DNA of 64,000 bases from Rhodospirillales bacterium (lineage in GTDB: Bacteria > Pseudomonadota > Alphaproteobacteria > SP197): positions 89,255-153,254 of the forward strand of contig JACONG010000006.1 in assembly GCA_014323865.1 (NCBI GenBank), written 5' to 3'. The position numbers and the translations under genes were made by a program. Under the pieces are notes generated by a model, which searched no databases, had not been told where the DNA came from, and was given only the letters and a program-made list of their open reading frames with translations. Numbering within the stretch: the first letter of the stretch is position 1; each line of letters starts with the position of its first letter. Positions 54,591-64,000 of this stretch are shown in pieces.

Positions 54591-54995
54591 TCATGCCTGC
54601 TCAATCTCGACCAGCGTGCCGCAGAAGTCCTTCGGATGCAGGAACAGAACCGGCTTGCCATGGGCACCGATCTTCGGCTCGCCGTCGCCGATCACGCGGG
54701 CACCATCGCCGACAATCTGGTCGCGTGCCGCAATGATGTCGTCAACCTCGTAGCAGACGTGGTGCATGCCGCCCGAAGGGTTCTTTGCCAGGAACGCCGC
54801 GATCGGCGAGTCGTCGCCCAACGGATGCAGCAACTCGATCTTCGTGTTGGGCAGTTCGATGAACACCGTGGTCACGCCGTGTTCGGGCTGGTCGACCATC
54901 TCCGAGACGGTTGCGCCGAGCGTTTCGCGATAGAGTGCGCTAGCTGCGGCAAGCTCCGGCACAACAATGGCAATGTGATTCAAGCGACCGATCAT
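54591..54995 (-). CDS. mce: Methylmalonyl-CoA epimerase (VOC family)
   Basis: MIGRLNHIAIVVPEL...GGMHHVCYEVDDI...FLHPKDFCGTLVEIEQ. Start trimmed to the ATG at 54995. Confidence 0.88.
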   Translation of the reverse strand: MIGRLNHIAIVVPELAAASALYRETLGATVSEMVDQPEHGVTTVFIELPNTKIELLHPLGDDSPIAAFLAKNPSGGMHHVCYEVDDIIAARDQIVGDGARVIGDGEPKIGAHGKPVLFLHPKDFCGTLVEIEQA

Positions 54996-55155
54996 GGTTC
55001 TTCCGTGTGGGTTAGGGGGCATGGGCATATACGCTGTCTGTTCCTACAACACTGCGGTCGGCCTTACCACGCTGATCGGCATGCCGTCGGTCAGGCTGCC
55101 GGCAACTCCTTCTCCCAGTCATCGACACCCCTGACAGGACGCAGGTCGGCCCGGG

Positions 55156-55902
55156 TCACGGTGAGCCAAAGGGAGCAGCGAGAATATTGGCCGAAAGGGT
55201 GGGATTCCCGGCGGGATCGGTCAAAGGATTGACCTCGGCACCATAGAAATTGGTGGTCGAGAACATGAACGGAAGGTACCAGTAGAGCATGTAGTCGGCA
55301 TTGAGCAGCCACTGGAGCAGCGCCAGCGATTTATCGCGCAGATTGTTCTCGGCGTAGATGACCGGGTGGTGCTCGTCGACCAGGCGCTGCGCACCCTTGA
55401 GAACGGCGAGTTCCATGCCTTCGACGTCGATCTTGATCAGCCTTATGCCGGACGACGTACAGCGTGTGTCCTCCATGTGGCCGTCGAGGGTGACGGGGCA
55501 TCGAACGTGTCGCTGACGGGAGCATGGTGAGTATGGCAGCTACATGGTCCACGGCCTTCTGCCAAGCCCAGAGGTTCAGAAGACCTTTGATCGCCAGGTT
55601 GCCGTACAGAACCTGGTACACCACGCATTGCGGTTCGAAGGCATGGACGACGCTGTCATCACCGACAAATCGGGGGAGGCTTACGGTGTGTGCGCATCTG
55701 GGCACCGACATCAGTCACTGTGTCGCCGGGCCGAACGAGCGACGAGAAGACCTTGCGCTCGCCCGGGATCAACTCGCCAAGCAGGCTGATCGACCGTCCG
55801 ATGCAGCGATCCTGACAGTTCATAATGAGAGGGCCGTCACGCGCCTGCCAGATCTCGTTGAGCCCGGCCCGGTGGAGCAGCCTGTTCCTGCCGTCGGCCG
55901 TC
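55156..55902 (-). pseudogene. FkbM-family SAM-dependent methyltransferase, disrupted by at least two frameshifts
   Basis: The family sequence is spread over three frames. These are LVRPGDTVTDVGAQ (ORF 55659..56051), HTVSLPRFVGDDSVVHAFEPQCVVYQVLYGN (ORF 55331..55711) and PVTLDGH-MEDTRCTSSGIRLIKIDVEGMELAVLKG (ORF 55156..55476). Confidence 0.6.
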
Positions 55903-57558
55903 TTAAAGCCTGATGAGATGAACGTCGACCAAGGGTCGACGGTTGAACTCCGTCCGAAGAAATCGGCGAACAGCAGTCCGGACTGCCTCCCGGACGCTGC
56001 TGTCATCGCGCCGCTTGGGTCGTGAAAGTCCATCGACCGCGTCGATGGCATCGTCGATCAGATCCTCGAGCAGCTCACGGTCCTTGTCGTCCTCAATCAG
56101 ACCATGGGCGCTGACGACGGGATCGGAGACCAGCTCACCCTCGGCGTCGATCACCAGCGTGACAAACGCCGCCCCGTTGAACATCAGGCGCCGGCGCTCC
56201 TTGATGACGTTGCCATCGACTGGAATGGTGCACCGGCCGTTCCACGCGACACGGCCATGCTCGACGTGATCGACGATCTTGGGCCTACCGGGTGCCAAGA
56301 GCAGCATGGCACCGTTCTCGATCGTCACGGCCTCAGGCACCTGGAAGGAACGCGCCAGCGCCGCGTGCTCCCGCATGTGGCGCAGTTCGCCATGGACGGG
56401 CACCGCGATCCGTGGCCTGACGAGCTGGTACATGCGTGCAAGCTCGTCGCGGTTGGGATGGCCGGAGACGTGGACGAACCGGTCCTTCTCGGTGATCACA
56501 TCGATGTTGAGGCGGGTCAGCCGGTTGATCAGGTCGAAGATATTCTTCTCGTTGCCGGGAATGATCTTGGATGAGAAGATCACAGTGTCACCGGTGCCGA
56601 GCTCGATTGTGGGATGGCTGCCATCGGCCACACGCGACAGCGCCGCATTGGGCTCACCCTGGCAGCCGGTCATCATGTAGAGCACCTTGTCATCTGGCAG
56701 GTCTTGGGCGTCACGATCGCCGAGAAACCGTACCCCCTTCGGCACGTAGCCGGTCTCGCAGGCGCATTCGAGAATGCGCCACATTGAACGCCCGACGGCG
56801 ACGCAGCTCCGTCCGTTCGCGGTGGCAGCTTCATGGATCGTCAGAAGACGCGCGAGATTGCTGGCGAAGGTCGTGACCACAACCCGCCGGTTCTGCTCTC
56901 CGATCAGTTCGGTCAGGGATTTCCTCACATCGGCCTCGGAACCCGAGGTGCCGGGCCGGAAGACATTCGTCGAATCGCAGATCATGGCCAGAATGCCGTC
57001 ATCACCAATCTCCCGGAGCGCATCCTCGTCGGTCGGCTCGGAGATCAGCGGGGCCGGATCGAGCTTCCAGTCGCCCGTGTGCATGACGGCACCATGAGGC
57101 GTATGGACGACCAGCGCGTTGGGTTCGGGAATCGAGTGGGTCAGGCTGATGAGCTCAATACGAAACGGTCCAAGGTCGATCGAACCGCCGAGCGGGACCT
57201 CGGTGATCGCCATGCCTTCAATGCCTTCGGCGCCTTGATCGAGCTTCTTGCGCAGAAGGGCCGCCGTGAACGGCGTCGCGTAGACGGGACAACGCAGGCG
57301 TGGCCAGAGATAAGGCACGGCGCCGAGATGATCCTCGTGGGCGTGGGTCAGGACCAGCCCAAGCAGGTTCTCGCTGCGCTTGGCGATGTAGCTGAGGTCC
57401 GGCATGACAAGGTCAATGCCGGGAAGTTCGTCGCCGGCAAAGGTGAGGCCGAGGTCGCACATCAGCCAGGCACCGTCGTACTCATAGAGATTGAGGTTCA
57501 TTCCGATCTCGCCGGCGCCACCCAGCGGCAGGAAGTGCAGAGGCTTGTTGAGCGGCAC
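55903..57558 (-). CDS. rnj: Ribonuclease J (MBL-fold / beta-CASP)
   Basis: FLPLGGAGEIGMN and HAHEDHLGA motifs. The GTG at 57558 lies 2 nt after the coaX stop; an alternative TTG at 57591 would overlap coaX by 31 nt. Confidence 0.9.
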   Translation of the reverse strand: MPLNKPLHFLPLGGAGEIGMNLNLYEYDGAWLMCDLGLTFAGDELPGIDLVMPDLSYIAKRSENLLGLVLTHAHEDHLGAVPYLWPRLRCPVYATPFTAALLRKKLDQGAEGIEGMAITEVPLGGSIDLGPFRIELISLTHSIPEPNALVVHTPHGAVMHTGDWKLDPAPLISEPTDEDALREIGDDGILAMICDSTNVFRPGTSGSEADVRKSLTELIGEQNRRVVVTTFASNLARLLTIHEAATANGRSCVAVGRSMWRILECACETGYVPKGVRFLGDRDAQDLPDDKVLYMMTGCQGEPNAALSRVADGSHPTIELGTGDTVIFSSKIIPGNEKNIFDLINRLTRLNIDVITEKDRFVHVSGHPNRDELARMYQLVRPRIAVPVHGELRHMREHAALARSFQVPEAVTIENGAMLLLAPGRPKIVDHVEHGRVAWNGRCTIPVDGNVIKERRRLMFNGAAFVTLVIDAEGELVSDPVVSAHGLIEDDKDRELLEDLIDDAIDAVDGLSRPKRRDDSSVREAVRTAVRRFLRTEFNRRPLVDVHLIRL

Positions 57559-57560
57559 GA

Positions 57561-58349
57561 TCAGGCGTCCCGGGCGCGGCTGCGGCGCCAAACCTCGAGA
57601 AGTCCCCGAACGGTAACGTCGGGATCAATCTCGTCGATCGCATCGGTCGCGGCGTCGAACATCGGTGCCAGCCCACCCGTTGCAACGACCCGCATGGGCT
57701 TGCCGTACTCGGCGCGGACGCGCTGCACGACCCCCTCGATCAGGCTCACATACCCCCAATAGACGCCCGACTGCATGCAGGCGACGGTGTTGGTGCCGAT
57801 CACCTTGCCCGGCTTTTCGACGCCGATGCGGGGCAACCGCGCCGAGATGCGGTGCATGGCGTCGAGCGCCAGGTTGATGCCGGGTGCGAAGACACCGCCC
57901 GCAAAGCCGCCGTCCTGGTCGATCACATCGAAGGTCGTCGCCGTGCCGAAGTCGATGACGACCAGGGGACCGCCGAACGTCACGAAGGCACCGACCGCGT
58001 TGACGACACGGTCGGCGCCGGCCTCGCGCGGGTCATCAATGCGAAGCGGGATGCCGAGTTCCGCGTTTTCGCCAACCACCACGGGATCGCAGCCGAAATG
58101 CTTGCGACAGAGCGTCTTGAGATCGAAGAGCGCCTGCGGCGTCACGCTTGCGATGATGGCATCCTCGATCTTGCCGCCGTCGATGCCATCGAGCTCGAGA
58201 AGCTGATGAAGCCAGACCGCGAACTCGTCCGCGGTCCGGTCGGTCTTGGTCGCAATGCGCCACTGCCCAAGGAGATTGTCGTCCCGGAAGATGGCAAACA
58301 CCGTGTTGGTGTTGCCCTGGTCAATGGCGAGAAGAAGTCTACTGGTCAT
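57561..58349 (-). CDS. coaX: Type III pantothenate kinase
   Basis: LLAIDQGNTNT and DFGTATT motifs. The ATG at 58349 overlaps the birA stop (ATGA). Confidence 0.9.
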   Translation of the reverse strand: MTSRLLLAIDQGNTNTVFAIFRDDNLLGQWRIATKTDRTADEFAVWLHQLLELDGIDGGKIEDAIIASVTPQALFDLKTLCRKHFGCDPVVVGENAELGIPLRIDDPREAGADRVVNAVGAFVTFGGPLVVIDFGTATTFDVIDQDGGFAGGVFAPGINLALDAMHRISARLPRIGVEKPGKVIGTNTVACMQSGVYWGYVSLIEGVVQRVRAEYGKPMRVVATGGLAPMFDAATDAIDEIDPDVTVRGLLEVWRRSRARDA

Positions 58350-59098
58350 GGGCCTTCCTCCAGCACAAGCGAGCCCGAAACGCAACGATGGTGGACACCC
58401 CCGTCATCCTTGACGATCAGGGCACCGTCTGTGTCGAGGCCAACGAAGCGGCCGCGCACCGTCTTCGAATCCACGACTGAAACCAGACGATTGAGACCGG
58501 CCGATCGGCTGATCACCGCATCCCGAACAGCAGCAAAGTCGCGCTCCTCCCACGCCTCGACCCGACGCCGAAGGGCGGCAGCAAGGGCGTGGAGCCAGGT
58601 GTCCCGATCAAGCGTGATACCGCTGAGCTGCAGGACATTGCCGATTCGTTCGCCCTCGATTTCGGGATGGCTGACGAGGTTCATGCCGATCCCGACAATG
58701 GCGACGTCGACGGTCACACCCTTGACCGAGGATTCGACAAGAATGCCGCAGATCTTGTGCCCCTCGACCAGTACGTCGTTTGGCCACTTGCACATGGGTT
58801 TCGGCAGGGTCGGTACTACATGTTCAAGCGCTTCGGCAACCGCCAGCCCCGCCACGAGCGCGAGTTGCGCGACCGTCTCGGCCGAACGCTCGGATCTGAC
58901 GATGAACGAGGTGTAGGAGTTCCCTGGCGGCGAAACGAACGATCGCCCGCGGCGCCCGCGTCCTGCACTTTGGGATCGGGCCCTCACGATCGTCCAAGCC
59001 AGCGCGCCATCGCGTGCAAGCCTCAGCGCTTCATCATTGGTGCTGGTGACCGTGTCGTGATCGACGAGCATGAAGCCCGTCGCACTGTCAGCGTTCAC
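58346..59098 (-). CDS. birA: Biotin--[acetyl-CoA-carboxylase] ligase (no N-terminal HTH)
   Basis: GRGRRGR and KWPND motifs. The GTG at 59098 overlaps the nuoN stop (GTGA). Confidence 0.88.
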   Translation of the reverse strand: MNADSATGFMLVDHDTVTSTNDEALRLARDGALAWTIVRARSQSAGRGRRGRSFVSPPGNSYTSFIVRSERSAETVAQLALVAGLAVAEALEHVVPTLPKPMCKWPNDVLVEGHKICGILVESSVKGVTVDVAIVGIGMNLVSHPEIEGERIGNVLQLSGITLDRDTWLHALAAALRRRVEAWEERDFAAVRDAVISRSAGLNRLVSVVDSKTVRGRFVGLDTDGALIVKDDGGVHHRCVSGSLVLEEGP

Positions 59099-60573
59099 TG
59101 CGTCAGCGCAGCCTGAACGGTCTGGCCTCCACCGGCGACAAGCGCCTGCGACGCCGCATCAGCGCTGTCGAGCAATGGCCCTGTGTAGAGGAAGAAGAGC
59201 ATTGTGACGGCGGCGGTCACGGCGATCACCGGCCAGACCTCACGACCGAGCGGCTTGTCGAACCCGTCGACCGGTTCGTCGAAGTACATGATCTTGACGA
59301 TGCGGATGTAATAGAACGCACCGATCACGCTGGTCAGCACGCCGACGACCGCGAGCGTGTAGAGCCCCTCGTTGATCGCCGCCATGAAGACGTAGAACTT
59401 GCCGAAGAACCCGGCGAGCGGCGGAATGCCGGCCATTGAGAACATGAAGATGGAAAAGGCCAGGGCGAGCGACGGGTTGGTCCGCGACAAGCCGGCGAGA
59501 TCGGCGATGTCCTCTACCATCGCGCCGTGTCGGCGCATGGTTAGGATGCAACCCCAGATCCCAAGGCTCATGACGAGGTAGATTGCGAGATAGATCGCGA
59601 CGCCGTTGACGCCTTCGGCGGTGCCGGCCGCCAGACCGACCAGGGCGAAACCGACATGGCCGATGGAGCTGTAGGCCATCAGCCGCTTGATGTTGTGCTG
59701 GCCGATCGCACCGATCGAGCCGAGGAACATGGAGGCGACCGCCAGCAGGAAAACGATCTGCTGCCACTGCTCGAAGAGCCCGGCGAACGGCCCCATCATG
59801 ACACGCAGCATGAGCGCCATGGCGGCGACCTTGGGCGCGACCGAGAAGAACGCCGTGACCGGCGTCGGCGCACCCTCGTAGACGTCGGGCGTCCACATGT
59901 GAAACGGCACGGCCGAGACCTTGAAGGCGAGGCCCGCGGCAATGAACACCACGCCGACAGTGGCACCGATGCTGGGATCGCCGCTTGCCAGCGTCTCCGC
60001 GAGAATTGCGAACGAGGTCGTTCCGGTGAAGCCGTAGACCATCGAGCAGCCGTAGAGCAGCATGCCGGAGGCGACGGCGCCGAGCACGAAGTACTTCAGC
60101 CCGGCCTCGCTCGAGCGCAGGTTGTCACGCTGGAATGCTGCGCAGACGTAGAGTGCCAGGCTCTGCATTTCGAGACCGACGTAGAGTGTCAGCAGGTCGT
60201 TCGCCGAGATCATGACGAACATGCCCAGCGTCGCGAGCACGACGAGAACCGGGTACTCGAAACGGTTCATGCCTTCGCGCCGGATGAACCCGATCGACAT
60301 GATGAGCGCCAGCCCCGAGCCGATCAGGACCAAGGTCTTCATGAAATCGCCGAAGGCGTCGATAACGACCAGCCCGCCGAACGGCGTGCCGTGGTCGACC
60401 TGCACATGCAGCACGAACCCGCCGACGATCATCGTCACCACGGCGAGCCACAGCACCAGGCGCGTGTTGTCGCCCTTGGTAAAGACACCGACCATCAGAA
60501 GCGCCATGCCCGCAACCGCGAACCAGATCTCCGGCAGGACGGCGGTGATATCAGAGAGGAGCAGTTCGGTCAT
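59095..60573 (-). CDS. nuoN: NADH-quinone oxidoreductase subunit N
   Basis: Polytopic antiporter-like subunit. Last gene of the nuo series. Confidence 0.95.
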   Translation of the reverse strand: MTELLLSDITAVLPEIWFAVAGMALLMVGVFTKGDNTRLVLWLAVVTMIVGGFVLHVQVDHGTPFGGLVVIDAFGDFMKTLVLIGSGLALIMSIGFIRREGMNRFEYPVLVVLATLGMFVMISANDLLTLYVGLEMQSLALYVCAAFQRDNLRSSEAGLKYFVLGAVASGMLLYGCSMVYGFTGTTSFAILAETLASGDPSIGATVGVVFIAAGLAFKVSAVPFHMWTPDVYEGAPTPVTAFFSVAPKVAAMALMLRVMMGPFAGLFEQWQQIVFLLAVASMFLGSIGAIGQHNIKRLMAYSSIGHVGFALVGLAAGTAEGVNGVAIYLAIYLVMSLGIWGCILTMRRHGAMVEDIADLAGLSRTNPSLALAFSIFMFSMAGIPPLAGFFGKFYVFMAAINEGLYTLAVVGVLTSVIGAFYYIRIVKIMYFDEPVDGFDKPLGREVWPVIAVTAAVTMLFFLYTGPLLDSADAASQALVAGGGQTVQAALTQ

Positions 60574-60582
60574 ATCGCCCTC

Positions 60583-62085
60583 CTACTCCGCGGCCTGAGC
60601 CAGCTCCGTGGCCGTTTGTGTCTGCTCGACGAGGTTCTCGACCGAGACATGCATGACATCGAGGAACGGGTCGGGCCAGAAGCCCATAATCAGAACAGCG
60701 GCGGTCAGCGGCACAAAGTAGAGCAGCTCGCGCTTGTTGCAATCGGTGATGGCCTTGAGGTCCTCACGGACCAACTCTCCGAACACGACGCGGCGGTAGA
60801 GCCAGAGCATGTATGCGGCGCCGAGAATGATGCCCGTGGTGGCCAGCAGCGCGACCCAGGTGTTGGCCTGGAAGGTGCCGACGAGAACGAGAAACTCGCC
60901 GACGAACCCCGACGTGCCCGGCAAACCGACTGAGGCCAGCATAAACACCATGAAGATGAACGCGTAGCGTGGCATGCGGTTCACGAGCCCGCCGTAGCGC
61001 GCGATCTCACGGCTGTGGATGCGGTCGTAGACGACACCGACGCAGAGGAAAAGCGCGGCCGAGACGACACCATGCGAGAGCATCTGATAGATGCCGCCCT
61101 CGATGCCCTGCTGGTTCATCGAGAAGATGCCGAGCGTCACGAAACCCATATGCGCCACCGACGAATAGGCGATGAGCTTCTTCATGTCCTCCTGCATCAA
61201 CGCCACGAGCGAGGTGTAGATGATGGCGATGATCGAGAGCGCGAAGACCAGCGGCGTGAAGAACTCCGAAGCCTCCGGCAGCATCGGCAGCGAGAGGCGC
61301 ACGAAGCCGTAGCCGCCCATCTTCAGGAGCACACCAGCAAGAATCACAGAGCCGGCGGTCGGCGCCTCGACATGTGCGTCGGGCAGCCAGGTGTGAACGG
61401 GCCACATCGGCACCTTGACCGCGAACGAGGCGAACATCGCGAGCCACAGCCAGCGCTGCATGTCCTCGTCGAACCCGGCATTCATCAGGTCGGGAATGCT
61501 GGTGGTGCCGGCCTCGAAGTACATCGTCAGCATTGCGACTAGGAGCAGAACCGAGCCGACCAGCGTGTAGAGGAAGAACTTGAAGGCCGAATAAATCCGG
61601 CGCGGACCGCCCCAGACACCGATGATCAGGAACATCGGGATCAGCATGGCCTCGAAGAAGAGGTAGAAGAGCACGAAATCGAGCGCGCAGAAGACACCTA
61701 TCATGAGCGCTTCCATCACCAGGAAGGCGATCATGTACTCCTTGACCCGGACGGTGACCGCTTCCCACGAACAGAGAATGCAGACCGGCGTCAGAAAGGC
61801 CGACAGCACGATCAGGAAGAGCGAGATACCGTCGATGCCGAGGTAGTACTGGATGCCATAGGCGGGGATCCACGGTGACTGCTCGACAAACTGGAACTCC
61901 GCCGTGGTGGGATCGAACATCGCCCAGATGGAGATCGCCACGACTAGCACAATCAGTGAGGTCCAGAGCGCGACATACTTTGCGTTGCGCGCGACAGTTT
62001 CCTCGTCGCCCTTGATCAGCATGACAAAGGCTGCGCCGATCAGCGGCAGCACAATGGCGAGCGACAGCAGCGGCCAATCCGACAT
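60583..62085 (-). CDS. nuoM: NADH-quinone oxidoreductase subunit M
   Basis: Antiporter-like subunit with the [11 protein letters not shown] motif. Confidence 0.95.
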   Translation of the reverse strand: MSDWPLLSLAIVLPLIGAAFVMLIKGDEETVARNAKYVALWTSLIVLVVAISIWAMFDPTTAEFQFVEQSPWIPAYGIQYYLGIDGISLFLIVLSAFLTPVCILCSWEAVTVRVKEYMIAFLVMEALMIGVFCALDFVLFYLFFEAMLIPMFLIIGVWGGPRRIYSAFKFFLYTLVGSVLLLVAMLTMYFEAGTTSIPDLMNAGFDEDMQRWLWLAMFASFAVKVPMWPVHTWLPDAHVEAPTAGSVILAGVLLKMGGYGFVRLSLPMLPEASEFFTPLVFALSIIAIIYTSLVALMQEDMKKLIAYSSVAHMGFVTLGIFSMNQQGIEGGIYQMLSHGVVSAALFLCVGVVYDRIHSREIARYGGLVNRMPRYAFIFMVFMLASVGLPGTSGFVGEFLVLVGTFQANTWVALLATTGIILGAAYMLWLYRRVVFGELVREDLKAITDCNKRELLYFVPLTAAVLIMGFWPDPFLDVMHVSVENLVEQTQTATELAQAAE

Positions 62086-62097
62086 CGCGGCGCTCCC

Positions 62098-64000
62098 CTA
62101 ACCCCAGACCTTGAACAGCAACCAGCTTGCAACCACGACAAGGCCGATCAGCATGGCGAAGGCGTAATGGTAGACGTAGCCCGACTGCAGCACCTGGGCG
62201 CGACGAGCGATATCGAGCGTTGCGGCGGCGACACCATCGGGACCGAGCCCGTCGATGACCTCGCCGTCGCCGGTCTTCCAGAGATCGTAGCCGAGCCGCT
62301 TGGCCGGCCGCACGAGCATCCAGTCGAACAGCTCGTCGAAGTACCATTTGTTCAGCAGGAACTTGTAGACCGGCCGGAACTGGCTCGCGAGCAGGCCCGG
62401 AATGTGGGTCAGGAACATATAGCAGACGTAGGCCGTCGCGATGCCGGACAGCACGATGAGGAAGATCATCGCCTTGACCCAGAAGGGTGTCTCCTCGTGC
62501 GCCTTGTTTATTGCGTTGCGCATGTCGAGTTCGTCGTGGTGGCCATCGGCGTGCGTCACATCCGTCTCGCCATGCGCATCGCCGTGATTGTCTTCGGCCG
62601 CAGAGTGTGACTCGTCGGCCTCACTATGGGCCGCAAAAGCGTGCTCATCGGCGTACATCATGATCGACGGGCCGAAGAACTCGCCGCCGCCGTGGTAGAC
62701 CATCTTGCCACCGAACAGACCGTAGCCGCCGATCACGGCGCCGACCGCCAGAACGGTGAGCGGCACCCACATGATCTTCGGCGCCTCATGCGCGTGATCG
62801 AAGGTCTCCTTGGTCATGCGCGGCTTGCCGTGGAAGGTCATGATGATCAGGCGCCACGAATAGAGCGCCGTCAGAAACGCCGCACCGCAGCCCAGCCAGA
62901 AGGCGTACTGGCCCGTGAAGGTATCGGTTACGTAGGCGCTCTCGATGATCAGATCCTTGGAGTAGTAACCCGCAAACAACGGGATACCCGCCAGCGCCAG
63001 GCTGCCGATCCACATGAAGGCGTAGGTGATCGGCAGCTTGCGCCACAGCCCGCCCATCCGGCGCATATCCTGCTCGTCGTGCATGGCGTGGATGACCGAG
63101 CCCGAGCACAGGAAGAGCAACGCCTTGAAGAACGCGTGGGTGAAGAGGTGGAAGAGCGCCACCGGATAGGCTCCGACACCGCAGGCGAAGAACATGTAGC
63201 CAAGCTGGCTGCAGGTCGAATAGGCAATCACGCGCTTGATGTCGTTCTGGGCGATGCCTACTGTCGCCGCGAAGATTGCCGTGGTCGCGCCGACGAAGGT
63301 CACCACCATCAGGGCATCAGGCGAATAAGCAAACATCGGCGACAGCCGAACGACCATGAAGACGCCGGCCGTAACCATCGTCGCGGCATGGATCAGCGCG
63401 GAGACCGGGGTCGGGCCTTCCATGGCATCTGGCAACCAAGTGTGAAGCGGCACCTGTGCCGACTTGCCCATCGCACCGATGAACAGCAACAGGCAGAGAA
63501 CCGTGATGGCGTCGACATTCCAGGAGAGGAAGTGGATCTCTTCGCCAACCTTGTCCGGCACGGCATCGAACACGCTTTGGAACACAACCGTGTCGAATAG
63601 AACGAAGACGCCCATGATCCCAAGAGCGAACCCGAAATCGCCGACGCGGTTGACGAGAAAGGCCTTGATCGCGGCGGCATTGGCGCTGGAACGTCTGTAC
63701 CAGAAGCCGATCAGCAGATAGCTGCAGACACCGACGCCTTCCCAGCCGAAGAACATCTGGAGGAAGTTGTCGGCCGTCACCAGCGTGAGCATGGCGAAGG
63801 TGAAGAGCGAGAGATAGGCAAAGAAGCGCGGCCGATGCGGGTCGTGCTCCATGTAGCCGATCGAATAGATGTGCACGATCGCCGAAACCGTGGTGACGAC
63901 GATCAGCATCACCGCCGTCACCTGATCGACATAGATGGCCCAGTCCACCTCGAACGAGCCTACATCGATCCAAGTGAAGAGCTTCGGATGCAGCACCGTG
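62098..64000 (-). CDS. nuoL: NADH-quinone oxidoreductase subunit L; 5' end lies outside the window
   Basis: HTWLPDAMEGPTPVSALIHAATMV motif and a C-terminal lateral helix plus TM segment. The frame is still open at base 64000, and the first roughly 60 expected residues are missing. Confidence 0.95.
   Translation of the reverse strand, partial: TVLHPKLFTWIDVGSFEVDWAIYVDQVTAVMLIVVTTVSAIVHIYSIGYMEHDPHRPRFFAYLSLFTFAMLTLVTADNFLQMFFGWEGVGVCSYLLIGFWYRRSSANAAAIKAFLVNRVGDFGFALGIMGVFVLFDTVVFQSVFDAVPDKVGEEIHFLSWNVDAITVLCLLLFIGAMGKSAQVPLHTWLPDAMEGPTPVSALIHAATMVTAGVFMVVRLSPMFAYSPDALMVVTFVGATTAIFAATVGIAQNDIKRVIAYSTCSQLGYMFFACGVGAYPVALFHLFTHAFFKALLFLCSGSVIHAMHDEQDMRRMGGLWRKLPITYAFMWIGSLALAGIPLFAGYYSKDLIIESAYVTDTFTGQYAFWLGCGAAFLTALYSWRLIIMTFHGKPRMTKETFDHAHEAPKIMWVPLTVLAVGAVIGGYGLFGGKMVYHGGGEFFGPSIMMYADEHAFAAHSEADESHSAAEDNHGDAHGETDVTHADGHHDELDMRNAINKAHEETPFWVKAMIFLIVLSGIATAYVCYMFLTHIPGLLASQFRPVYKFLLNKWYFDELFDWMLVRPAKRLGYDLWKTGDGEVIDGLGPDGVAAATLDIARRAQVLQSGYVYHYAFAMLIGLVVVASWLLFKVWG

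Noticed and set aside
59240-63973. Alternate-frame and antisense ORFs inside nuoN/M/L (59240..59896, 59656..60933, 61007..62347, 62626..63600, 63317..63973)
   Set aside because: They lie within strongly conserved membrane-subunit genes. Their Arg/Pro/Gly-rich translations are not credible proteins.

Overview
This is a high-GC chromosomal segment whose gene content and order look like an alphaproteobacterial core region; that assignment is inferred from synteny I recognise, not from a search. About 60 genes are tightly packed, and many are joined by 1-, 4- or 8-nt start/stop overlaps. Left to right: CinA-like (partial), LysR regulator, SDR oxidoreductase, a small accessory islet (about 1.95-3.9 kb), RatA/COQ10-like, lipA, lpdA-pdhC-pdhB-pdhA, ftsB-like, eno, kdsA, pyrG, secG, tpiA. 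Then on the plus strand: ppiD-like, trpE, a YibQ-like deacetylase (minus strand), trpG-trpD-trpC-moaC-moeA, lexA. These are followed by comEC, gltX, gltA, gloA and an orphan Rieske oxygenase. Then one long minus-strand run: lpxB-lpxI-lpxA-fabZ-lpxD-ompH-bamA-rseP-dxr-cdsA-uppS-frr-pyrH-tsf-rpsB-dnaE-lolD-lolE-proS-tag-DUF1467-mce, an FkbM methyltransferase pseudogene, rnj-coaX-birA-nuoN-nuoM-nuoL (partial). I recognised no rRNA, tRNA, CRISPR array, transposase, integrase, phage gene or known defence system. I do not see a convincing novel multi-gene system here. The best lead is at 1.95-3.9 kb, where a DUF1989-family gene appears cut into two halves by a roughly 1.15-1.2 kb insertion. The insertion carries a Sec-signal ankyrin-repeat gene on the opposite strand; that gene contains a 98/99-identical 99-bp tandem repeat and has a perfect 14-bp tandem duplication against its ribosome-binding site. 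Lesser observations are: an FkbM pseudogene wedged into the conserved rnj/mce junction; a conserved-looking lipA N-terminal extension with no canonical start codon; a perfect 12-bp tandem duplication in the tpiA/ppiD divergent promoter region; a near-consensus lexA promoter without a canonical alphaproteobacterial SOS box; a structured rpsB leader; and a His/Asp/Glu-rich insertion in NuoL. All family assignments come from motifs I recognise in the translations. No database search was run.
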